Below, in pieces: positions 50,984 to 59,257 of a DNA stretch of 64,000 nt. This DNA comes from a candidate division FCPU426 bacterium. GTDB taxonomy: Bacteria; Oederibacteriota; PGYV01; Palsa-1178. Each line of letters opens with the position of its first letter. Within the stretch, counting starts at the first letter, position 1. Below the pieces are notes generated by a model that searched no databases, had not been told where the DNA came from, and saw only the letters and a list, made by a program, of their open reading frames with translations. The position numbers and the translations under genes are program-made. The stretch covers positions 224,001-288,000 of the forward strand of contig CAWIXE010000001.1 of assembly GCA_963840035.1 (NCBI GenBank), in the 5' to 3' direction.

Positions 50984-51000
50984 TGTAAAGATTCTTTACA
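50984..51000. promoter_or_regulatory. Palindromic upstream site (candidate enhancer for a sigma54 activator)
   Basis: TGTAAAGATTCTTTACA dyad about 60 bp upstream of the -24 box. Confidence 0.5.
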
Positions 51001-51114
51001 GGAGGGTTTGTTTTTGGACGGTTAAAACACTATTGTCTATTGACGATTGTCGATTGACTATTAGCTCTTCAACCTATCTGTACTATTAACATGTTCTGTT
51101 TGCAGTCTTTAGCC

Positions 51115-51229
51115 TGTCATTGCGAGGAGGCGTTTTTGTTACTTGCCGACGAAGCAATCTCGCTGTTTCAGAAGGAAAAAACGAGATTGCTTCGTCGCCA
51201 TAAACCAACAGCGGCTCCTCGCAATGACA
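51115..51229. repeat. RPE-like palindromic element
   Basis: TGTCATTGCGAGGAG...CGACGAAGCAATCTC ... GAGATTGCTTCGTCG...CTCCTCGCAATGACA. Confidence 0.8.
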
Positions 51230-51287
51230 AATTGTAAATACATCGTCTGAACAGTACAACCTATCGTCAATTGACAATAGATAATTG

Positions 51288-52016
51288 TCAATTATTTTCA
51301 ATTCTTTTAATGCTTTCCGATAACTTCCTGTTCTTCAAAACCAGTTCTTTTATTTCCCTGTCCACATCCAGGGTCATATTATCCGGTATATTTATGCCTG
51401 AGTTTTTTACCAGATTGAGTATTTGTTTTTCTTCCTTCATCATGTATATCCTCTCATCCAGCTGGACGAGCTTCCTTTTCATGAATTCAATGAGGTCTTT
51501 TTTTGCCTCCTGCGTCATATTATCCGCGAGCATTTCAGGGGCAGCTTCAAGCTTATAAAAACTTTCAAAGGCGCCGGTCGCCTTAACCCAGCCTTCCCTG
51601 GCGTCAAATATAGCCTTAAGCTCAGGGCACCCTGCCGCGGCGCAGTCCTTTACCTTTTTTGTGTATTCATCTATGACAAGCATGGAAAAAGTAAAATAGT
51701 CGTCCTTTAAGGCTGTCAGTTCCCTGTTTAAGGTATAGGATTCATAGCCGAGCTTGTTGCCGGCTTTCAGGAGATAATTTAATTTGAGTGTGTTTATAAA
51801 CGGGATAAAAAATCCGGATGTTTTTTCATTTTTTATGGAATCAATTTTCCTTGATACAGCCTCATATTTAATCCTGGCCCTGTCATAAGCCGCCTGTTTT
51901 ATCTTAATAGATTTATCCGCCGCATTGGCCTTCGCCATAAAGTCATCAAGCGCCCCGGCCCCGAAAAGGCTGGTTGCGAGTAAAACGGCGGCGAGGAGCG
52001 TGGTAATTTTTTTCAT
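51288..52016 (-). CDS. Hypothetical exported helical/coiled-coil protein
   Basis: MKKITTLLAAVLLATSLFG signal peptide; SD GGAG. Confidence 0.7.
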   Translation of the reverse strand: MKKITTLLAAVLLATSLFGAGALDDFMAKANAADKSIKIKQAAYDRARIKYEAVSRKIDSIKNEKTSGFFIPFINTLKLNYLLKAGNKLGYESYTLNRELTALKDDYFTFSMLVIDEYTKKVKDCAAAGCPELKAIFDAREGWVKATGAFESFYKLEAAPEMLADNMTQEAKKDLIEFMKRKLVQLDERIYMMKEEKQILNLVKNSGINIPDNMTLDVDREIKELVLKNRKLSESIKRIENN

Positions 52017-52284
52017 TTTTTTGTTCTCCGTTTTTATTTCTTATTTATTATTTCTAATTTCTAATTAAAACCTGCGGCATGCGATGCAATCCTGATTTTT
52101 TTATGGCCTGCGCTATCCGCCTTCGCCAAGGCTTCGGCGGACTGGCTGCCAACATAATAAACAGCAGTAAACTGAAGTTTTCACCAGTGGCCGCTGCAGG
52201 ACGGTTTTATTTATGGCCTGCGCTACTGCGCAATCCATAAATAAAACCGTCCTGCGGCGGCCACAACCATTCACGCGCCAGCTC

Positions 52285-53613
52285 CTACAACCCGTATTTC
52301 TTGATCTTAGCCAGCAGCGTCACGCGGTTGAGCTTTAAAAGTTCGGCCGCCTTTGCCCTGTTCCCTTTTGTCTCCGCAAGCGCCTGAGCTATCATATTCT
52401 TTTCCAGATCTTCCACTTTTCCGTTTAAACCCTCTCCGCTTCCTGATAAAACAGCCGCCTTTGAATGTATTTCATAGGGTATATCCTCTTCCGTTATCGT
52501 GTCTCCCGCGGCCATTACCATGACGCGCTGTATTATATTCTCAAGTTCCCTTATGTTCCCGGGAAAATCATACTGCGTAAGGAGTTTTACCGCCTCGTCG
52601 GATATGGACTTGACCTTATAATTATTATAGCCCGCGTATTTTGTTATGAAGTATTCGCAGAGTTCCTTTATGTCCTCTTTCCTTTCGCGCAGCGGCGGCA
52701 TGGCGATTTCCACCACGTTAAGCCTGTAATAAAGTTCCTGCCTGAACCTGCCGGAGGCCACTTCTTCCTTTAAATCCCTGTTGGTCGCGGTGATCACCCT
52801 TACGTCGACCTTGATGGTCTTTTCCCCGCCAACCCTTTCAAACTCCCGCTCCTGTATGACGCGCAGCAGCTTTACCTGCAGTTCCTGGGGTATTTCTCCT
52901 ATCTCATCCAGAAATATCGTGCCTTTGTCAGCGAGTTCAAACCTTCCCTTTTTAAGGGCCACCGCGTCGGTAAAGGAGCCTTTTTCATGTCCGAAAAGTT
53001 CAGACTCGAGTATTCCCGGGGCAAGCGCCGCGCAGTTTACCTTGACAAGCGCGTGCTCCCTGCGGGGGCTTTTGTCATGTATCTCTTCGGCTATTAATTC
53101 CTTGCCTGTTCCTGATTCGCCCGTAATCAGCACTGTCGCGTCTTTTGGCCCTATCTTCGCGGCCATTTCAATGATGGCGCGGAACTTCGCGCCTGAGCCT
53201 ATTATTTTCCTGTTCCCGGATGATTTAAGGTAGGCGTTTTCTTCCTTTATTTTTTTTGCCCTGAGGATTTTTGCGGCCTGCAGCCTGACATGGTCTATGG
53301 AAAAAGGTTTTGTAATGAAATCCGCCGCCCCTTTTTTCATGGCGTCCACGGCCTTATCCACTGTCCCGTGGGCGGTTATAACTATGACTTCAGCGTCTGA
53401 ACCGGATTTTTTTACGGCCTCAAGCACCGACATTCCGTCGGCTTCGGGCAGTTTCAGGTCGGTAATGACGATATCAAAATCGCCTGCTTTGAATTTTTGT
53501 ATGCCTTCCTCGGCCGAACCCGCCTCGGTTACGGCGTATCCCTCGGTGGTTAATGCCTCTTTGAGCACTTCCCTTAAGCTCTCATTGTCTTCCACAACAA
53601 GTATTTCGTACAT
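52285..53613 (-). CDS. sigma54-dependent response regulator (REC-AAA+-Fis HTH, NtrC/AtoC family)
   Basis: ILVVEDN, TDLKLP, GESGTGKE, ESELFGHEKGSFTDA, FLDEIGE, LYYRLNV, FPGNIREL, GNRAKAAELL. Confidence 0.95.
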   Translation of the reverse strand: MYEILVVEDNESLREVLKEALTTEGYAVTEAGSAEEGIQKFKAGDFDIVITDLKLPEADGMSVLEAVKKSGSDAEVIVITAHGTVDKAVDAMKKGAADFITKPFSIDHVRLQAAKILRAKKIKEENAYLKSSGNRKIIGSGAKFRAIIEMAAKIGPKDATVLITGESGTGKELIAEEIHDKSPRREHALVKVNCAALAPGILESELFGHEKGSFTDAVALKKGRFELADKGTIFLDEIGEIPQELQVKLLRVIQEREFERVGGEKTIKVDVRVITATNRDLKEEVASGRFRQELYYRLNVVEIAMPPLRERKEDIKELCEYFITKYAGYNNYKVKSISDEAVKLLTQYDFPGNIRELENIIQRVMVMAAGDTITEEDIPYEIHSKAAVLSGSGEGLNGKVEDLEKNMIAQALAETKGNRAKAAELLKLNRVTLLAKIKKYGL

Positions 53614-53700
53614 GTTCCCTCCGGTAATTCTTTTTTACCTACCCTATTATACAACAAAAAATAGCCGCGCGCCCCAAGAACTTTTTGGGCTTCAGTTTTT

Positions 53701-54456
53701 CCTTAACCCTTATCCCTCACCCTTATCCTCAGCCCGTAGACTTGCTTTAGTTCCAAAGGCTAATGGTAAGAATTAAGGATAAGGGTTAAGTAGCACCTTA
53801 ACCCTTATCCCTCACCCTTATCCTCAGCCCGTAGACTTGCTTTAGTTCCAAAGGCTAAGGGTAAGAATTAAGGATAAGGGTTAAGTAGCACCTTAACCCT
53901 CACCGTCACCCTTATCCTTAGCCCGTAGACTTGCTTTAGTTCCAAAGGCTAAGGGTAAGAATTAAGGATAAGGGTTAAGGTGCACCTTAACCCTTAACCC
54001 TCACCCTTATCCTTAGCCCGTAGACTTGCTTTAGTTCCAAAGGCTAAGGGTAAGAATTAAGGATAAGGGTTAAGTAGCACCTTATCCCTCACCCTCACCC
54101 TTATCCTTAGCCCGTAGACTTGCTTTAGTTCTAAAGGCTAAGGGTAAGAATTAAGGATAAGGGTTAAGGTGCACCTTAACCCTTATCCCTCACCCTTATC
54201 CTCAGCCCGTAGACTTGCTTTAGTTCCAAAGGCTAAGGGTAAGAATTAAGGATAAGGGTTAAGTAGCACCTTATCCCTCACCCTCACCCTTATCCTTAGC
54301 CCGTAGACTTGCTTTAGTTCCAAAGGCTAAGGGTAAGAATTAAGGATAAGGGTTAAGTAGCACCTTATCCCTCACCCTCACCCTTATCCTTAGCCCGTAG
54401 ACTTGCTTTAGTTCCAAAGGCTAAGGGTAAGAATTAAGGATAAGGGTTAAGGTGCG
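53701..54456. repeat. Tandem array of eight 94-95-bp hairpin units with no spacers
   Basis: Units start at 53701, 53796, 53891, 53985, 54080, 54174, 54269 and 54363; near-invariant core AGCCCGTAGACTTGCTTTAGTTCCAAAGGCT. Confidence 0.95.
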
Positions 54457-54481
54457 CCAGGGTATTTCGCAATTTATAAAT

Positions 54482-54510
54482 TTGACTTCCCGCCCGATTG
54501 GAGTTATAAT
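54482..54510 (+). promoter_or_regulatory. sigma70 promoter for a probably leaderless STAS mRNA
   Basis: TTGACT-N17-TATAAT; 7 nt to ATG 54518; no SD. Confidence 0.7.
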
Positions 54511-54517
54511 TTCACCT

Positions 54518-54865
54518 ATGAAAAATTTAACCATTACAGTAGACGAGCTGGGCAGCGTGTCTGTATTCCGGTGCGCCGGGGAGATTGACACCGACACACA
54601 TGACTTCTTAAGGCACGAACTCGACAGGATCATGAAAACAGGCGCTAAAAAACTGGTCCTGGACATGTCAGGTGTTGAGTACGTAAGCAGCGCCGGCTGG
54701 TCCGATTTTGTCTCCCACGGCAACACCTTAAAAGCGGCCGGAGGCGACCTGCGCCTGGCAGCCATGCAGATACAGATAAATGACATGTTTGAGATCGTGG
54801 GTTTTAACGACCTGTTAAACGCCTATCCAACCGTGGAAGAGGCTGTAAGGTCTTTTTCTGCTTAA
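54518..54865 (+). CDS. STAS-domain anti-sigma factor antagonist (SpoIIAA/RsbV-like)
   Basis: GEID...LVLDMSGVEYVSSAG...GGDLRL...FEIVGF...YPTVEEAV. Confidence 0.92.
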   Translation: MKNLTITVDELGSVSVFRCAGEIDTDTHDFLRHELDRIMKTGAKKLVLDMSGVEYVSSAGWSDFVSHGNTLKAAGGDLRLAAMQIQINDMFEIVGFNDLLNAYPTVEEAVRSFSA

Positions 54866-54881
54866 ATTATTTCTTGGTCTT

Positions 54882-55069
54882 CCTTAACCCTTAACACTCA
54901 CCCTTATCCTTAACCGTTAGAACTTTTTTTACTGCTAAAGTCCAAAGGCTAAGGGTAAGAATTAAGGATAAGGGTTAAGCAGCGCCTTAACCCTCACCCT
55001 TATCCTTAGCACTTGAATCCTGCGTTAGTTCCAAAGGCTAAGGGTAAGAATTAAGTATAAGGGTTAAGG
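54882..55069. repeat. Two further hexamer-hairpin copies between convergent genes
   Basis: Same TCCAAAGGCTAAGGGTAAGAATTAAG right arm as the array. Confidence 0.85.
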
Positions 55070-55086
55070 TTAATACAATTTTAGGA

Positions 55087-57177
55087 TTACTTCTTCTCCA
55101 CCACTATTTCCTCACCCTTATATATTACCTGCCTGTCAGGCATTCCCGGTTCCAGTCCTTTGCCGTGTTTTTTATCCGTAAAGTATACGCTTATCATACG
55201 CTCTTTTTTCATTCCTTCCCATTCTCCGTTCCTTTTGCCTATTATCAGAACATCAGCTTTTTGTTTCCACGTCACCGGAATTTCCGCGCATTTTTCCCCT
55301 TCATAATCAAATACTGAAAAACGCGCGTCTTTGCCGGTATATACCCTCAGTTCCAGTATTTCCTCTCCTGTCTTTTTTTGCTTTGAAGCCAGCGGGATTA
55401 TCGAACCCTCCGGTACAAAAAGCGGTATCTTATCCAGTGCCGGCGTTAAAGAAAGAGTCTTTCCTCCGGACATTTTTTCCCCTGTCCAGAAATCATACCA
55501 GCTGCTTACTGACGGAAGGTAAACCTTGAACCCCTTCTGCGCCTTTTCCATGTCCTTAGGCTTAACCCACTGCATGGCAAATACGCCTTTCCCCGGAGTG
55601 TTGTGGCTGTATTCGGCCTTAAGCCCGTATACCTTATCCTTTTTAAATTTGGCGCGGGCCTTGAACCTGCTGAGCTTATTGTTTTGCCTGCCGTCGATGA
55701 GCACAGTGCCGTCGATTGAAAGCTTCACATGCCCGTCTGACACAACCAAAATTTCATAATTTCCGGTCTCCGCCGCGTTAAAAGAACCGGTGAAATTTAT
55801 TGTGTAATTTGAATCCTCCGGTGGCATTGTCCAATAGGGGCCGTCAATGGTGAGCTCGTGCCCTTTTGCGTCAGTTCCTTCCGGGAACACCATAAGCCTG
55901 ATGCCTTTCCTGCCGCTTTCCGGGTCATAGAACATTGAAGGCCTTATGAAATCGGCACGGTTTGACGAAAAATCAAACATCTCCATTGTTACCGGGCTTA
56001 CCATGATATTGTTTCCGGACATATACTGCCCTTCCGCTTTGAGCGCCTTATCATCCCCAAAGAAATCAGCCGCAAGCGGCCTTATATACGGCGCGCCTCC
56101 CTTAGCTGTCAGCCATGCGTTTGACCTTATGTATGGCTCCAGCATATTGCGCAGTTCCGCTGTTTTTACAAGCGCATTCCTGTTCTTGTCGTCCTTTATT
56201 TCCTCCGGCAAAACACCCGCCGTAAAAGTTACCGGGCATAATGCCAGAAACTGATTAAACCTCGTGTATAGTTCCCTGTAAGCCGGGTCCGCAAAACCCT
56301 CCGGGTAATTTACCCTTATGTCGTTGGTCTCTGTCCCATTTTCTATCGGCACGCCTGACATGGACAGGCTTACGGCATCCGCGATATATCCGCGCAGCAT
56401 GTCCCATCCCGCGCATTCATCCGGCGCGGCCTTCCATGCAGGGGATCTTTTTCCCGTAATTTTCGCGCATAAGCCGGCTGCCTTATTCATGGAACCGCCG
56501 TAAATGAAGAAATAATCTATGCCGGCCGCGTTATCCGCCGATATGTAGGAATCATCCGCCTTCCCTGAAAAGCTGAACGGCCCGCCTTCAGCCCAGAGAA
56601 TGCCGTAACCCGTCGTTGAAAAAAGCGCAGGATGCTCACTAAAAGGCTTTACCGGAAATTCTTCCGCGCCGTTAAGGTTTAATGCTCCGTTAAAGGATTT
56701 CCCCATCCCGTAAAGCGCCTCCCACGGCCTGAATATAAATTCCTGTTTAACCGAATATGAGTCCCCTTTTTCCTCCACAAACCGTCCTTTTTCAGCAAGG
56801 AGCATATTTCCCCGGCTGTCGGAGTATGATGTTGCGCCGGATGCCATATCCACGCGCGCCTTAAGCAGGTATGATGAAATTTCCAGCCCTTCCTCCGACT
56901 CAGTCACGGTAATTTTCGGCCTTTCAGGCTTCATCAAATCTGAAACACCCGTGTTTTTTTGTCCCGCGTTTTTTTTGCTCCAGGAAACATATATAATTGA
57001 AGGGTCCATAAACTCCACGGACATCATTGCCGTATCAGATGTGATAATAACCCCGCTGTCCGTCTCCGCGTATTTCAGGTTTCCTTTGCCTGAAACAAGG
57101 TTCTTCCCCGCCGACGCGCACCCCGAGGCAATTAATATCAATACAACAAATACGGCTGCAATTTTTTTTAATTTCAT
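55087..57177 (-). CDS. GH31-derived lipoprotein with PA14 insert and C-terminal beta domains; most of the catalytic barrel is absent
   Basis: Lipobox IASGC; EALYGMG, GYGILW, IDYFFIYG; YRELYTRFNQF; QYMSG..IMVSPV; PA14 SDGHVKLSIDG; VYLP...WYDFWTG...IPLFVPEGSIIP. Confidence 0.8.
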   Translation of the reverse strand: MKLKKIAAVFVVLILIASGCASAGKNLVSGKGNLKYAETDSGVIITSDTAMMSVEFMDPSIIYVSWSKKNAGQKNTGVSDLMKPERPKITVTESEEGLEISSYLLKARVDMASGATSYSDSRGNMLLAEKGRFVEEKGDSYSVKQEFIFRPWEALYGMGKSFNGALNLNGAEEFPVKPFSEHPALFSTTGYGILWAEGGPFSFSGKADDSYISADNAAGIDYFFIYGGSMNKAAGLCAKITGKRSPAWKAAPDECAGWDMLRGYIADAVSLSMSGVPIENGTETNDIRVNYPEGFADPAYRELYTRFNQFLALCPVTFTAGVLPEEIKDDKNRNALVKTAELRNMLEPYIRSNAWLTAKGGAPYIRPLAADFFGDDKALKAEGQYMSGNNIMVSPVTMEMFDFSSNRADFIRPSMFYDPESGRKGIRLMVFPEGTDAKGHELTIDGPYWTMPPEDSNYTINFTGSFNAAETGNYEILVVSDGHVKLSIDGTVLIDGRQNNKLSRFKARAKFKKDKVYGLKAEYSHNTPGKGVFAMQWVKPKDMEKAQKGFKVYLPSVSSWYDFWTGEKMSGGKTLSLTPALDKIPLFVPEGSIIPLASKQKKTGEEILELRVYTGKDARFSVFDYEGEKCAEIPVTWKQKADVLIIGKRNGEWEGMKKERMISVYFTDKKHGKGLEPGMPDRQVIYKGEEIVVEKK

Positions 57178-57253
57178 GGTTTTACTCCCGTTTTTATTAT
57201 AATAAATCCGCGAAGCCCGCCTTTATCAGTAATTATTAATTAGTAATTTGTAA

Positions 57254-58648
57254 TTAAAGTATTATCTTAATTTCCGTCCCCTGCCCTTCGGCGCTTTCCA
57301 CGGTTATGTCTCCGCCGTGTATCTCCTTTATTATCCTGTACGCTATCGCCAGCCCCAGGCCCGTGCCTTCTTTCCTGCCGGTAAAAAACGGTTGGAATAT
57401 TTTTTCCTTTACGCCGGCGGGTATGCCCCTGCCGTTATCCTTTATAATCACGATGTTTTTTCCTTTATCCTTAAGTATGTTAACTTCCACATATCCGTCC
57501 GGCTTATCAAGCGCCTGCCAGGCGTTTATTATTATATTGTAAAATGCTTTTTTCATCAGGTACGCGTCGGCTTTAATAATCCCCGCGGACGGCCCGTAGC
57601 TCTTTTTCACGGCCTGCCTGGCTTTTTCAGGCAGTTCCCCTATTGTGTCATCGGCTATTTTGCTTAAATGCGTTTCCTGCAGGTCTGGCGTGAATTCCTT
57701 GGTGTACGCCAGGAAGTTGTTTAAGAACTCGCTCATCTTAAGGGCGTTCCTTACTATGTCGTCGGCGTATTTCTTTATTTTCTCATCCGGGGTTTTTTCC
57801 CTTATGAGTTCGGCATACCCGGAGAGCGCCCCGAGGGAGTTGCGTATCTCATGCGCCACGCCGGCCGAAAATTCGCCCACAGTGGCCATCTTTTCCCTGT
57901 TTTCTATGTAGTCCTTAAGCTCGTTCTTCATGGAGTCAAGGGTTCCCGCTAAAAGCCTTATCTCCTCCTCCCCTGTCACCTTTATATCCTCCCCGAAGTT
58001 CCTTTTTGCTATCTGCTCGGCTTTCCTCTTTAGCGCGTCTATTTTCCCTGATATGCCGCCGGATATCATGAGGGAAAGTATGATGGCTATGGCAAAACTC
58101 ACAAGCCCTATTATGGCGAGGAATTGCCTGTATTGTTTTATGTAGCCTATATATTCCGCCGACGCTTCCACAGCCACTACAGCCGGCACTTCTCCCCCGG
58201 AATCAAGGGGCACATAGCCCGTCTTGAAATAAAGCCCCTCCGCCCCCTTATAAAGCGGCGATGACGCGGCCTCTCCTTCAAAGGCTTTTTTTATCTCAAA
58301 CCTGTCCAGGTTCAGAAAAAATTTTTCATTCTCATTAAGGGTTGATAAAAGTATGTTCCTGTTCTCGTCAATAATAAGGATATCCCTGACTTCCGTTATT
58401 TCCCTGAGCTTGGTGAGCTTGTCCCTGTATGTTTCGAATATTTTTCCCTTGAGTTTTAAAAGAGGGATGTCCTTCGGGTTCACGGCGTCGGCTATGATCT
58501 CCCCCGCGGTGGTCAGCCTGTTCTCCATCTCAGCCTCGAGGTTGTTCCTGATCAGGTTATAAGTTATGAATCCATATATGCCGATGACTATCGCGGAGGC
58601 AAAAAGGAAATATAACAACACTTTGTTTCTGATAGTGTTTAATACCAT
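57254..58648 (-). CDS. Membrane sensor histidine kinase (2 TM, periplasmic sensor, HAMP, HisKA, HATPase)
   Basis: AGVAHEIRNSL, NIIINAWQA, DNGRGIP, IFQPFFT, GTGLGL. Confidence 0.95.
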   Translation of the reverse strand: MVLNTIRNKVLLYFLFASAIVIGIYGFITYNLIRNNLEAEMENRLTTAGEIIADAVNPKDIPLLKLKGKIFETYRDKLTKLREITEVRDILIIDENRNILLSTLNENEKFFLNLDRFEIKKAFEGEAASSPLYKGAEGLYFKTGYVPLDSGGEVPAVVAVEASAEYIGYIKQYRQFLAIIGLVSFAIAIILSLMISGGISGKIDALKRKAEQIAKRNFGEDIKVTGEEEIRLLAGTLDSMKNELKDYIENREKMATVGEFSAGVAHEIRNSLGALSGYAELIREKTPDEKIKKYADDIVRNALKMSEFLNNFLAYTKEFTPDLQETHLSKIADDTIGELPEKARQAVKKSYGPSAGIIKADAYLMKKAFYNIIINAWQALDKPDGYVEVNILKDKGKNIVIIKDNGRGIPAGVKEKIFQPFFTGRKEGTGLGLAIAYRIIKEIHGGDITVESAEGQGTEIKIIL

Positions 58649-58676
58649 TAGCCCTCCCCGTTTTTTTCTAATTTTT

Positions 58677-59240
58677 TATTGTTCTTCGTGTCCAAAGTAC
58701 AGGACAACAACACTCAACCAGGTTTTAATTATTACAAAGTGCCGGACGGCTTGCCGTATTTTTCCCAACAATTCCACGGCATTCCGGACCTGAAACTAGC
58801 CCCCGGTTACTGCCATTTAGTACTCCGCCGGCATCCAGTCTCCCGGCTCCCTGCGAAGCCCCTCCAAGTATCTTATATTATCCACTGTTTCCGTTTCTCA
58901 GCCCGTTAATTTTGGGAAAAATTCGGCAAGCCGTCCGGCATCCCGCACTCTTCCTTTTTTTGCTCTTAATATTATTGTTCTTCGTGCCCAAAGTACAGGA
59001 CAACAACACACCCAGGTTTTAATTATTACAAAGTGCCGGATGGCTTGCCGTATTTTTCCCAACAATTCCACGGCATTCCGGACCTGAAACTAGCCCCCGG
59101 TTACTGCCATTTAGTACCCCGCCGGCATCCAGTCTCCCGGCTCCCTGCGAAGCCCCTCCAAGTATCTTATATTATCCACTGTTTCCGTTTATCAACCCGT
59201 TAATTTTGGGAAAAATACGGTAAGCCGTCCGGCATCCCGG
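58677..59240. repeat. Tandem duplication (~295-bp period), each copy with a 201-bp element bounded by 29-bp inverted repeats
   Basis: TGCCGGA(C/T)GGCTTGCCGTATTTTTCCCAA at 58740 and 59034; reverse arms at 58912-58940 and 59206-59234. Confidence 0.9.
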
Positions 59241-59257
59241 CGCTTTTATGTATTATA

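Noticed and set aside
51086..51301. 71-aa ORF
   Set aside because: Composed of the RPE-like palindrome and heptamer repeats.
53701..54456. Possible CRISPR array
   Set aside because: Units are near-identical along their whole length, with no unique spacers and no cas genes in the window.
54452..54517. N-terminal extension of the STAS ORF
   Set aside because: Overlaps the array end and the consensus promoter; the STAS fold starts at 54518.
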